Shown: positions 19,699 through 29,545, numbered from the stretch's first letter. The stretch is 45,772 nucleotides of DNA from Candidatus Hodarchaeota archaeon (GCA_016839785.1 JAEOTQ010000057.1:1-45772); one strand, 5' to 3'. Numbers and translations are program-made. The notes: generated by a model not told the origin, from the sequence alone.

Positions 19699-19722
19699 AC
19701 GTTGCGCAATGTTGCACAACGT
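19699..19722. promoter_or_regulatory. 24-bp imperfect palindrome (two tandem GTTGCRCAAY units), candidate wHTH binding site, beside a TTTAAA TATA-like box at 19684-19689
   Basis: ACGTTGCGCAATGTTGCACAACGT matches its reverse complement at 20/24 positions and is a relatively GC-rich island in an AT-rich intergenic region. Confidence 0.6.
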
Positions 19723-19919
19723 ATGGAACGAGAACATTCATGGCGAAATCAAGGTTCATAAATCAAAGATTATCACTTTTCTACTATTACCCTAGATTAA
19801 TTAGATTTCATATATCATTTGTTCTCCATTCAGAATATCTTAAAAAAATACTATCCATAATTATGTGAAAATACATTTCTACCCATCTTTTACACAAATA
19901 CTGTAAAAAGTCCAATTGA

Positions 19920-20819
19920 GTGGAGAATGGACGAATTCGCATGGTCGTAATAAGCCAAATCTGGGTTCAACACCTGAACTGTACCCAGATAATAGGTCAT
20001 TGTCATCTTCGGACGGGTAGCGAGCTCGACCCATTTTTAGGAGGTAGTATGTTTACAGCACTGGTAGCTACTTTAGCTGACATTGAACATGAATTTAAAT
20101 ACACAATGTCAGGTTTTTATGGTTATAGAATCCCTGAGATTGAAGGAATAGGCTTATTTACTGTTTCAAATAAGAATTTCAGAATTTTTTTTCTATGTGA
20201 GGGCCTTTATAGAAAAGGAATTCCATATCTCGCAGGGAAAGAACTTTCCCGACAGATCAATAGGCTTTTCAGTCATCTTCAGGATAAATCATACGCTGAT
20301 TCGTGCACTTATGCCCATCGATTGGAGGAAGGATCTTATTGGTTCGATTTAATGTGTTCAGTGGGTTTTGGAGGGGAAATTTCTGTTGGATTGATCGATG
20401 AGATTTATCCTTTGAGAAGTGTAACCATTCATACAAAATCTCATCTTCAAACAAGTAAGACAAAGATATTCCGATTAGAATCATCATTATTGGGTTCATT
20501 AGGATATGGGTGGAAAGATAGAGACGATATGATTGCATCCAAAATTGAGGGAATATTCAGGGAACCTGAGAGAAGTTATCATTTTTATGAAGCGATTTTT
20601 AAACAAGTTCGGGAATTCATACCTAGCTTTGAACCGAATACGGTAATATTGACGTATCAGCCCTCCTCGGGATCAGAATCCCAGAGTGCATTAGTAGCAT
20701 TTCTCTCTGTGAAAGGAGATTCTTTAGATATTAGATATTGCATACCTATAGTAAAGAGTTCAGGAATGCACGGAACTCCTACAAATCTTTATCTACAAAG
20801 TTTATTTCTTGATTCCTAA
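19920..20819 (+). CDS. Hypothetical protein, possible degenerate N-terminal longin-like domain
   Basis: 299-aa ORF (start may be ATG 19941). 'LDPFLGGSMFTALVATLADI' resembles the longin helix. Confidence 0.6.
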   Translation: MENGRIRMVVISQIWVQHLNCTQIIGHCHLRTGSELDPFLGGSMFTALVATLADIEHEFKYTMSGFYGYRIPEIEGIGLFTVSNKNFRIFFLCEGLYRKGIPYLAGKELSRQINRLFSHLQDKSYADSCTYAHRLEEGSYWFDLMCSVGFGGEISVGLIDEIYPLRSVTIHTKSHLQTSKTKIFRLESSLLGSLGYGWKDRDDMIASKIEGIFREPERSYHFYEAIFKQVREFIPSFEPNTVILTYQPSSGSESQSALVAFLSVKGDSLDIRYCIPIVKSSGMHGTPTNLYLQSLFLDS

Positions 20820-20844
20820 TTGGAATTTCAGGGAGATTATCTAA

Positions 20845-21486
20845 TCATATCTTCATTAGTAACTCAAAAATTTCAAGATAATCGCGTAACTGATATTTAT
20901 ACCCTCTACTTAGTGAGAGGTCAATGAAATCATCAAAATTAAAATCATTGATGAAATCTCTAATATCCGAACAGATTGAAAGGTTTTCTTGCCTTTTTAG
21001 AGGAATAACCCAAGATGAAACCTGCATCTCTTTTGGGATGAGTAGCACAGTCTTTGGTAAATCAACCAGAACTGGAGAACTCGTTTTTTTGTTAAATAAT
21101 TCCCAAAGTAATTTGGCGTTATGTTTAAGTTGGTCTTCTGCGGTTCCTTCAATAGCTAAAACATTCATACATTCCAAGTAAGAATAATGATCATCGTATT
21201 GGCGTCCATGTTTTGAACGAAACTTCTGGACAATTCCTTGATTTTGGAGAAAGTTATAAGAGATAATATGAATATTTAATTCAACTGAATGAGAATTTAT
21301 GAGTTTCTCTAAATCAGTTGACCATCCAAACTTCTCCGAGACCCTACTTTGTATATTTTTATCAAAATCGTATCCGTGGAAAGTTGAGTAGGGAGTAAAC
21401 CACATATCAGGAGAGCGCTGTTTCCGATCTTGCACCATATCGATAAAGCAAATCTTAAGTTTTTTCAAAACCGTGTTGCCTTCCAT
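20845..21486 (-). CDS. Hypothetical protein
   Basis: 213-aa ORF filling the gap between neighbours; no motif recognised. Confidence 0.6.
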   Translation of the reverse strand: MEGNTVLKKLKICFIDMVQDRKQRSPDMWFTPYSTFHGYDFDKNIQSRVSEKFGWSTDLEKLINSHSVELNIHIISYNFLQNQGIVQKFRSKHGRQYDDHYSYLECMNVLAIEGTAEDQLKHNAKLLWELFNKKTSSPVLVDLPKTVLLIPKEMQVSSWVIPLKRQENLSICSDIRDFINDFNFDDFIDLSLSRGYKYQLRDYLEIFELLMKI

Positions 21487-21680
21487 AGTTATCTACTTCT
21501 CAATTTGGTGGTCGAACCTGAGTTATTCTGACATTTTACCTTATTAGTTCTACCTAGGTGGTACTGATCTTTTTTGCCACCAAAATTACATTTATATAAA
21601 TACAAATGTAATTCATTTACAGAATAATTCGCAAGGATGATCTGAAAAGCTCCTTCGAACTTGTATCATTACTGGAGAAT

Positions 21681-22985
21681 TTGACAATGGAACCAGAAAC
21701 TTCAATGAACTCAACTTTTGATAATCAAGATCAATCAAATGACACAACCAACTTACCAGGGTACATACTAATATGGGCAGGTCAAATAATTTCAATCCTC
21801 GGCTCAGGAATTGTACAATTTGCTATAATATGGTGGTTAACCGAAGAATCGGGAAGTACGTTTGTACTAGCATTAGCAACTTTTGTAGGATTAGTCCCAA
21901 TGGTAATAATTGGCCCTTTTTCTGGAGTATTGGCTGATCGTTGGAATAGAAAGAAAATCCTGTTATCAACTGATTTTCTACAGGCACTTGCCACAATTGG
22001 GTTGATAGTATTATTCTGGATTGACCTTGTAGAAATTTGGCATGTCCTACTGCTAATTGCGATTCGTGGAGCATTTCAAGCCTTTCAGATGCCAGCAAGC
22101 ATTTCCATTGTCCCTCAAATGGTACCAAAAAATCAAATAAGCAGAATAAATGGCTTAGGACAGATTTTCAATAATTTTATATTTATTTTAAGCCCAGTTT
22201 TGGGAGCTATTATTCTTGAAGCTTCATCAATAAGCATAATTTTGTGGATTGATGTAATCACTTTTCTCATTGCGGTTTTTACATTAATTCTAGTCACTAT
22301 CCCTCCTGTCATAAGGAGATCAGTTGAGAGCGTCGAAACGAAAAATCCTTCATTTAAATCACAATTCGTAGAAACTTTCGATTATCTAAAAACTCACGGT
22401 TGGTTACCTTTGATTATAGGATTTACAATAGGAAACATTCTGATTAACCCGTTATTCAGCTTACTACCGTTATTCATCAAAGAAGTTCATTTAGGGGGAG
22501 TTTTAGAACTAGCTTTTGTAGTAGGTATCTTTCAAGTCGGAAGCTTAATTGGAGCCGTCCTAATTGCTGTAAGTAACTTTACTCCGAAGGTAATCACAAT
22601 TGTCGGATTCGTGTTCATAGCATTTTTAGGACTATTAGTAATCTCCATAGCACCAGTCGGTGAGTTCGAGTTAATGGCAGTGGGTGGTTTAGTAATTGGT
22701 TTTTCAATTGCTTTTATTGATGTAGGGGTTGTAACACTTCTTCAGATTCATATCCCCCAAGAATTACATGGCCGTATATTTTCAGTAACTTTTACCCTAA
22801 TTAAATCCCTATTACCTATAGCCCTACTCTTTATTGGGGGTATTGCAGAATTTGTGGCACTTGAAATTATCTATATAGTTTGTCCGCTTCTGGGTGTCCT
22901 GTTAGTTGGCTATTTAGTGTTTATAGGCAATATATCATCGCTTGATAAAAAATTAGGAGAATCTACTACAACACCATCCGTTTAA
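21681..22985 (+). CDS. MFS transporter (MefA/DHA3-like efflux)
   Basis: ~12 TM segments; WAGQIISILGS, GVLADRWNRK (motif A) and IPQELHGRIFS. Confidence 0.92.
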   Translation: MTMEPETSMNSTFDNQDQSNDTTNLPGYILIWAGQIISILGSGIVQFAIIWWLTEESGSTFVLALATFVGLVPMVIIGPFSGVLADRWNRKKILLSTDFLQALATIGLIVLFWIDLVEIWHVLLLIAIRGAFQAFQMPASISIVPQMVPKNQISRINGLGQIFNNFIFILSPVLGAIILEASSISIILWIDVITFLIAVFTLILVTIPPVIRRSVESVETKNPSFKSQFVETFDYLKTHGWLPLIIGFTIGNILINPLFSLLPLFIKEVHLGGVLELAFVVGIFQVGSLIGAVLIAVSNFTPKVITIVGFVFIAFLGLLVISIAPVGEFELMAVGGLVIGFSIAFIDVGVVTLLQIHIPQELHGRIFSVTFTLIKSLLPIALLFIGGIAEFVALEIIYIVCPLLGVLLVGYLVFIGNISSLDKKLGESTTTPSV

Positions 22986-23010
22986 ATAAGAAGATATACT
23001 TCCCAGCTTC

Positions 23011-23019
23011 TTTTTTTTT
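23011..23019 (+). terminator. Poly-T tract after MFS gene
   Basis: T9 run ~25 nt after the stop at 22985. Confidence 0.4.
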
Positions 23020-23110
23020 CGATATTTATAGAAATTACATTTATTTAACCCAGATGGTTAGTGGAAACCTACCAATTTCTCCAACAATCCAGTTTTTATG
23101 GGTTTTTTTG

Positions 23111-24028
23111 ATGCCATCCGATATCTCTTACAAATTTATTCGACGATTGGTAAAATTTAGCGCGAGAATTGGGTATCGGCTCGAAGTTCAGGGTAGTGAG
23201 AATCTCGCTAATCATTTGGATGGATTGGGTGACGGGGTAATATTTGCAGCAAATCATGAAAGTGTCATTGATGCATTTCTAATGGGATTGATTGTTCCAC
23301 CAGAAATTTCTCGTGTCTTTTTTCTCGGAAAGCAGTCTGCTTTGTGGCGAAATAGAATTTGGGGAACGATGATGGATTATTTTGGAGTAATTCCAGTACA
23401 AAAAAGAAATAATGACGAGGCGATCAGGAGGGGCCTAGAAGTCCTTCACAAAAACCAAGCACTTGGAATATTCCCTGAGGGGCATATCCGTTATTCTCGT
23501 AAGAGTCTCGATGGGAAGGTGGGAGTAGCTCGATTTTCATTTGAAACAGAGTCTCCAGTCGTGCCTGTTGGTATTGTAGGGACAGATGGAGTCCTTCCAT
23601 ATGGAGGAAATTGGCCGAGTGCAGGGAAAAAAGTCACATTGATCGTAGGAGAGCCCATTTACCTTTCATATGATTTTGATAAATCTGATATTTATAGTTT
23701 AGGAGCTTTGAGACAAGCAACTGATCTTGTTATGTTCAACATCCGACATCTAAGTTCAGGATATGGAGTTAATCCTCTTGACGCATCCAGCTTGAAAAGT
23801 ATGAAAGGCGTGGACAAGATACTAATTCCTCGGCGGAGAATGCAAGTCCTTCGCTCACAACAATTAATCCAGCAAGAAAAGAAAGACGTTGTAGACCACT
23901 TCACGGAATGGATGACTACACTATCTGATGATTGGGAAAGGAATCCTGTAAATGAGGAAATTAGTAGACCTTTACCTAAGAAGGCCGCGAGCGATGAATT
24001 TTTAGAGTGGTTGAACGATCAATTGTGA
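23111..24028 (+). CDS. PlsC-like acyltransferase with C-terminal extension
   Basis: NHESVID (HX4D), FPEG and VPVGIVG motifs. The start is ATG 23111 or 23054. It has a ~90-aa hydrophilic tail with repeated F-x-E-W (HFTEWMTTL, EFLEWLNDQL). Confidence 0.88.
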   Translation: MPSDISYKFIRRLVKFSARIGYRLEVQGSENLANHLDGLGDGVIFAANHESVIDAFLMGLIVPPEISRVFFLGKQSALWRNRIWGTMMDYFGVIPVQKRNNDEAIRRGLEVLHKNQALGIFPEGHIRYSRKSLDGKVGVARFSFETESPVVPVGIVGTDGVLPYGGNWPSAGKKVTLIVGEPIYLSYDFDKSDIYSLGALRQATDLVMFNIRHLSSGYGVNPLDASSLKSMKGVDKILIPRRRMQVLRSQQLIQQEKKDVVDHFTEWMTTLSDDWERNPVNEEISRPLPKKAASDEFLEWLNDQL

Positions 24029-24057
24029 GGAATAGTTACTGAAACTTATCCCTTGTT

Positions 24058-25119
24058 TCACGAGGAAAATGATGAATCAATTTGTTTTAATAGTGGTCTA
24101 AAATAGGGAAGAAGGGTTAAATGTCCTCCAGGATATCGATAAAGAGGTCTTTCCAACATTCGAGCCAGCTTACTTACTAGATAAAATGGAACAATCCTAT
24201 CATATAGCCCACCTATGATTGTGGTATTTTCATTGGTCGTATAAGGATCAAAATACTTTAAGTTAGTAGAAAAAAGAATTTTATAAGACGAGGCGAAGCC
24301 CTCTGCTTTATGCTTAAGGATATACCTATTTGCTATTGGTACAATTTTAGTTTTCGTTGAGAGTCCAAATAGAAAGGGACTTGCTAACGCAGCTATGCAA
24401 TCGATATCGCTTACTAGTTGTGAAGACACAGCCACTAAATGACCACCAAGGGAACCTCCAAATAAGATCACTCGATCATACTTTTCCTTTAAGTAATTTA
24501 CTAGAAACTGTATTTCAATAATTGACTGAGAAAAAGCTTCTAGCATGCGTATAGGATTACCATTCAGAAAATATGCCCCTGAAAAAGGTGAATCATAAGG
24601 AACACGATGATGATGATACGGAAGTTCAAGAGCGAAAATATCACTTTTGAATTGATTATAAATCAGACGAAAGTAAAATTGTTCATGAAAGATGAAATGT
24701 GACTCTGCATAGCCATGAATAAAAAGAAACGCCGTTTTTGAGTCATTAACCTTTCTTTTCTTTTTATACCTATGGACTACAAGTTGTTTAAGTGGATCAA
24801 ATTTCGAGTTACTAAATATAGCCTCAGATTTTGGACGATAGGGTGAGTAGGCAGAACCAATCGCCTCACGAAATAACCCTCGTCCAACAGAATCTTTCCA
24901 AATAATATCCTTCTCGCCCTTAGACCCAAGAGTAAAGAATAAACGTGGATCTTTCTGTTGATAAGGTAAATACTGTTGGATAAGTTCTTTTGTAGGCTCA
25001 AAATCTTCTAAATAACCATTATTTCGATATTGAAAATAACTTATAACTGGATATTCAAGTAGATCAGATGGAACGAGATGTATTGTCTCGAAAAACTGCT
25101 TGAGTACCGCATTCATCAA
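24058..25119 (-). CDS. Alpha/beta hydrolase
   Basis: FIHG, nucleophile elbow GGSLGG, YDRIVP and YPGGH catalytic-triad motifs. Confidence 0.85.
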   Translation of the reverse strand: MMNAVLKQFFETIHLVPSDLLEYPVISYFQYRNNGYLEDFEPTKELIQQYLPYQQKDPRLFFTLGSKGEKDIIWKDSVGRGLFREAIGSAYSPYRPKSEAIFSNSKFDPLKQLVVHRYKKKRKVNDSKTAFLFIHGYAESHFIFHEQFYFRLIYNQFKSDIFALELPYHHHRVPYDSPFSGAYFLNGNPIRMLEAFSQSIIEIQFLVNYLKEKYDRVILFGGSLGGHLVAVSSQLVSDIDCIAALASPFLFGLSTKTKIVPIANRYILKHKAEGFASSYKILFSTNLKYFDPYTTNENTTIIGGLYDRIVPFYLVSKLARMLERPLYRYPGGHLTLLPYFRPLLKQIDSSFSS

Positions 25120-25186
25120 AATCTGTTCCTAATCTTGTTTATCAATCATAGGAATTACAGACTTAAAAAACTAATATTATGTTAGC

Positions 25187-26068
25187 TCATAGTAGATTAT
25201 TTTTTTTGAGAAATGTACCATTCTGATACTCCTCAAAGGCAACACGTAGTTCTTCTTGTGTATTCATCACAATAGGACCTCCCCATGCAATAGGTTCGTT
25301 TATCGGCTTTCCAGATATCAAAAGGAAGCGTACTCCATAATCGTCTTTTGTAGTTACTTGTATGGTGTCTCCTTTTCGATTATACACAACTAGATTATCC
25401 TCTTCTAAATACTTATCACTATTTGGAGAAAATCTTCCTTTCCCTTCAAAAATATAAGCAAAAACAGTATGGCCATCTTCCACTGTGTGCGTAAATGTTA
25501 TACCTGGTGGAATTTCTACATCTAGATAGTGGGGTTCAGCTATGATATCTTTAACTGGACCTTCAGTTTCATTAAATTTACCAGCAAGGACACGAACTTT
25601 TATACCTCTATTTAGCTCTATTTCAGGTACTTGGGAAGCACTTATATCCTGATATCTAGGATCAATCATTTTTGAAGACCTTGGGAGGTTTACCCATAAT
25701 TGAAATCCAGTTAATGCCCCATCTGATAATTGAGGCATTTCCTCATGAACGATTCCTCCTCCAGCTGTCATCCATTGGATATCACCGCTACCTAAAATAC
25801 CCGAATTCCCGATACTATCTTTATGTTTAATGAGACCCTCCAACATGTATGTGACGGTCTCAATTCCTCGATGGGGATGTTCTGGAAATCCTGCGATATA
25901 ATCAGCTGGGTTGTCAGATCCAAACGCATCAAGAAGTAAGAAAGGATCTAGGAGCTTTGTCTCTTGATGACTAAAGACACGTTTGAGTTTAACACCTGCC
26001 CCATCCATCGTCGGAAAACTCGGTTGGATTCTATCAATAGTTCGAAAATTATTCATAGGAGAAGTCAT
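25187..26068 (-). CDS. Pirin family protein
   Basis: DGAGV, DPFLLLD, GFPEHPHRGIETVTY, QWMTAGGGIVHEE, QLWVNLP and GPIVMN motifs. Confidence 0.96.
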   Translation of the reverse strand: MTSPMNNFRTIDRIQPSFPTMDGAGVKLKRVFSHQETKLLDPFLLLDAFGSDNPADYIAGFPEHPHRGIETVTYMLEGLIKHKDSIGNSGILGSGDIQWMTAGGGIVHEEMPQLSDGALTGFQLWVNLPRSSKMIDPRYQDISASQVPEIELNRGIKVRVLAGKFNETEGPVKDIIAEPHYLDVEIPPGITFTHTVEDGHTVFAYIFEGKGRFSPNSDKYLEEDNLVVYNRKGDTIQVTTKDDYGVRFLLISGKPINEPIAWGGPIVMNTQEELRVAFEEYQNGTFLKKNNLL

Positions 26069-26263
26069 AAAATATTATCATATAAGCATCGTTATGAAGA
26101 AATCAGATTTTTTGAGATTGACCTTACAAAGGAGGTAGAGTGTCCACTATCTAGTGATTTCTTGAAGAGATCATACTGGCTCTGTTAGTAGGATCTAAAT
26201 ATGATTCTCTGACCTCTCAGAGAGCCTGTAAATGAATAAAGAAAATGTGAAGAACTACTAATT

Positions 26264-26542
26264 TCACATTTTGGAGGCAGCTAGTCTGATATCATCACTC
26301 TTGACTGTTTTTCGTCCAGAGTTATTACAAATCTCAACCGCATACTTCGATAATTTCAAGCTGTATTCGGTAAGTTCATTATTAAGTGCATCGACCGCAT
26401 CTGCTGACACTCGGAATGCTCCTGCGTCACGTATTAATCGTTCAACTCTTGCACTTGCAAAACCACCAGCTCCAGAGCTTGATTTCTTTGCTGGGGCTGC
26501 TTTTTTGGCAGGTGCTTTTTTTGCTACTTTTTTCTTCGCCAT
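26264..26542 (-). CDS. Archaeal histone with Lys/Ala/Pro-rich N-terminal tail
   Basis: Histone fold ARVERLIRDAGAFRVSADAV...GRKTVKSDDI with a ~27-aa tail MAKKKVAKKAPAKKAAPAKKSSSGAGG. Confidence 0.95.
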   Translation of the reverse strand: MAKKKVAKKAPAKKAAPAKKSSSGAGGFASARVERLIRDAGAFRVSADAVDALNNELTEYSLKLSKYAVEICNNSGRKTVKSDDIRLAASKM

Positions 26543-27056
26543 TTTTTTCAGATTCCTTTTCTCATCAGGTAACTTGACGTGAGTTCTACATAAGGAATTA
26601 TTCCCTTTAAAAACTTATTCCATCAGAAGCAGTTCTTTCTAGAAAGCTAAGCCATGACAACAATCATATGAGTGACCATGATCAAGTAGAATTATAGCTA
26701 GAAGAGGGAACTTTGACTGATCATATATTTTGGAAAATAAAGAATAGTTACCAAAGGTACTACTTCATTATGACCAAATATAAATTCATAAGGCATAGAA
26801 TAGTATCGGATATGAGAACATTCGCTCACTCTGGAATCAGCGGTAGTTCTAAAATATAACTAATTCTTGGAGTAACGCATCTTTTAATCCATTAGATAGA
26901 AAAAAAACATATTTTTCTTATTCTATGAGTCCTGTTCTAACATTAAAAGGAAACTATGTAGTTTGAAAAGGAAATAAATAAAACTACACTATCCTGATCC
27001 TCTTGAAGTCTAGGAAAGTAAAATATAGTAGGGGTATTCCACTAGAATTAAGGAGA

Positions 27057-27938
27057 ATGCAAGAGTTGAATATTAAATTTCATCCAAACCTTTCAGAATA
27101 CTATGAGTATGTTTTCCCGTTTCTGCTTAAACATGAAGCAGAGAATAACCTACTAATTGGCATCCTAAATACTTTGAAAAATGACATTCACTCATATAGT
27201 AAGGAAGATTCTCCAGTATTCATCTCATTAGAGAGTAATAACGAATTGGAATTGGTTTCTATTCGGACTCCCCCCTTCAATCAACTTATTTCATTTACAA
27301 ATAATTTGCGTACAATTGATATCCTTGTAAAGGAACTTAATAAAAAAAATATGGAGATTCCAGGTGTCTTAGGCTTTAAGGAAGGAGCACTGAGATTTGC
27401 ACAATTATGGGGGGAACTGAATAACCTCAGATTTATTCTAGAAACTCATGAACGGATTTATAGGCTTGAGAATGTAAATGCAAATACTTTAGGGGATAAT
27501 AAATTTGAAATAGCGGCAATAGATGATAAAGAGATCATTCTAAGCATGATGAAAGCATTCTTGTTTGAAGCACTTCCAGAAGGATCAAAAGAGGCAGAGC
27601 ACATCGAATCCTCTCAACGAAGAATGGCACAAGCAATTAAAGACCAGATGGTTCACGTTCTAAAAGTTGAGGGGAAGATTGTTTCAATGGCAAAACGAGC
27701 TCACGTAACTCCTAACGGACAAATAGTTAATGCAGTTTACACTCCTCCAAAAGAACGTAGAAAAGGCTATGCTACAGAATGTGTAGCAAGATTAAGTAAG
27801 AAAATTCTCTCTGAGGGAAAGAAATATTGTTTTCTCTTCACAGATCTAGCAAATCCAACCTCAAACAAAATTTATCAGACAATTGGCTATCGTCCAGTTA
27901 CTGATATGGATTTATATCGCTTTCAACCTGGTGAATGA
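27057..27938 (+). CDS. GNAT family N-acetyltransferase
   Basis: VYTPPKERRKGYA (acetyl-CoA motif A) and LFTDLANPTSNKIYQTIGY. ATG 27057 follows AAGGAG. Confidence 0.9.
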   Translation: MQELNIKFHPNLSEYYEYVFPFLLKHEAENNLLIGILNTLKNDIHSYSKEDSPVFISLESNNELELVSIRTPPFNQLISFTNNLRTIDILVKELNKKNMEIPGVLGFKEGALRFAQLWGELNNLRFILETHERIYRLENVNANTLGDNKFEIAAIDDKEIILSMMKAFLFEALPEGSKEAEHIESSQRRMAQAIKDQMVHVLKVEGKIVSMAKRAHVTPNGQIVNAVYTPPKERRKGYATECVARLSKKILSEGKKYCFLFTDLANPTSNKIYQTIGYRPVTDMDLYRFQPGE

Positions 27939-27939
27939 T

Positions 27940-28173
27940 ATGCAAAAGAAAAAAAAGTGCCAGAACTGTGGAGGAGCTTATATAGTCAATATTCCCAATA
28001 GTTTTTTCGAAAGAGAAGAACATTTATCAATGAAGTGCCCCTATTGTGATTTTTTATTGTCCATGATGGTTGAGGATGGGCGTTTAATTACGGAATCGGA
28101 TGCGAGCTCATATCTGAGGCAATTACCTAAAAAACAGGTGAAGACACAGCCTTGGGTTCAATTGATTAAATAA
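27940..28173 (+). CDS. Small zinc-ribbon protein
   Basis: CQNC...CPYC; the ATG at 27940 is just after the GNAT stop. Confidence 0.65.
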   Translation: MQKKKKCQNCGGAYIVNIPNSFFEREEHLSMKCPYCDFLLSMMVEDGRLITESDASSYLRQLPKKQVKTQPWVQLIK

Positions 28174-28358
28174 TCAAATAACAATCATCATTACTGGTAT
28201 CCCAAAACTCCTCATTCTTACGTTTTTCAGAGTTCAAATTCTCTTGAACTAAGGGATTTACACATTTATGTAAGTAAAACTATAAGTTAGCCTTGCATAA
28301 TAGTGTATTCAGATATATTCTATTTCGTAAATCGTAAATTTAAGGAGTTAGAATCATA

Positions 28359-28565
28359 ATGAAAACACTTGAAGAGCTGGAAAGGGAAAATATTGCCCAG
28401 CAAGCTAACTGCTGGTGGTGTGGATCAATCTTTAAGAGAGGATCAATATGGAGTGATTCAAATAAACATGGAGTTTCACTCTTGGGAAAAAGTGAAAAAC
28501 AACTTGTTTTCCTCCACTGCAATGATTGTGGTAATGATACTTCCCTGACTAGGTGGATTTCATGA
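28359..28565 (+). CDS. Small zinc-finger protein
   Basis: CWWC...HCNDC; upstream AAGGAG. Confidence 0.65.
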   Translation: MKTLEELERENIAQQANCWWCGSIFKRGSIWSDSNKHGVSLLGKSEKQLVFLHCNDCGNDTSLTRWIS

Positions 28566-28998
28566 CATAGTTTGGGATTTTTGGAGTTAATTTTTGAGTT
28601 AACATTCTCCAAACATGATTTCGACTTCTCTAATTTCATTTATTATCTTCTTTGTCCATAAAATAACAGGAAATTCTTATTTCTGTCTTTGGGAAAACGT
28701 ATTAATCTGAAGGGGAAATTAAAAACTCCTAGAACTTGGTTCCAAAGATGTTGGTTATCATAGCAAAAGAACCCAGCGATAATTACGAATTCTTGTAATT
28801 TGCAGCTGTAATATTAATAAGAATTGACCTTGGATTTATGAAGTAGTCCGTTTTTCTTTTTTTCTAATTTTTATTACTTAATATATTTGTTGAGAATGAA
28901 GGCTTAATGAATTGAGTACAAGAACCAACCTAAAATGATTCATTTATATATGAAGACGTTGATTTATCTTATATATTTAACTTCAGGAAGTTTCTAAA

Positions 28999-29520
28999 TT
29001 GGAAAAGAAAACACAGGTTTACACACTCATATGGGATAATGGTTTTGTACTGAAGAATGACGAGAAACAATCTCAGAACAAGATATTCCTTTTTATGGAT
29101 GAAGAATCAAAATATATGCGATTAACATATCCTTCTTCTATCGATTTGATTACACGGAGAACTCTGGAACGGCAGCTCCGTCAGATTCAGAAAAGAGGTT
29201 TTTTTCTCGAAAAAGAAAATCTGCGAATCGGCCAAGGTTATGAATATCAAATGGAAGAGGATAGAGATGTTTCACCATCAAGTCTAAAGGAGCATTCTCT
29301 TGAAAAAAGCCCTGATTCAACTGAAGCTGAAGATTTCCCCAAAATTGTACCGTTGATACGCGAAATTAAACAGATATGGATCCATAAGCGAACAGGTGAA
29401 GGATCAGACATGGCAGATTCTCTTGAAAATGGCCAACCGAGTTATTTTGTGTCATTTTTAGCATCTAACTATCAGAAGTTAAATATTCTTATCAATAGTC
29501 TTCCAGATAATCTCTCTTAA
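28999..29520 (+). CDS. Hypothetical protein; N-terminal ~90 aa possibly a divergent gelsolin-like domain
   Basis: 'KIFLFMDEESK..RLTY...DLITRRTLERQLRQIQKRGF' resembles the strand-strand-long-helix pattern of Asgard single-domain gelsolin-like proteins (recalled pattern, unverified). Confidence 0.5.
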   Translation: MEKKTQVYTLIWDNGFVLKNDEKQSQNKIFLFMDEESKYMRLTYPSSIDLITRRTLERQLRQIQKRGFFLEKENLRIGQGYEYQMEEDRDVSPSSLKEHSLEKSPDSTEAEDFPKIVPLIREIKQIWIHKRTGEGSDMADSLENGQPSYFVSFLASNYQKLNILINSLPDNLS

Positions 29521-29545
29521 TGATCTATAAGAATGTGTGTAATAA

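Noticed and set aside
26271-26582. + strand ORFs (103 aa, 63 aa) over the histone
   Set aside because: Antisense shadows; the minus frame has a clear histone fold.
28340-28639. 99-aa minus-strand ORF
   Set aside because: Antisense to the Zn-finger ORF 28359..28565, which has an SD-like site and CxxC pairs.
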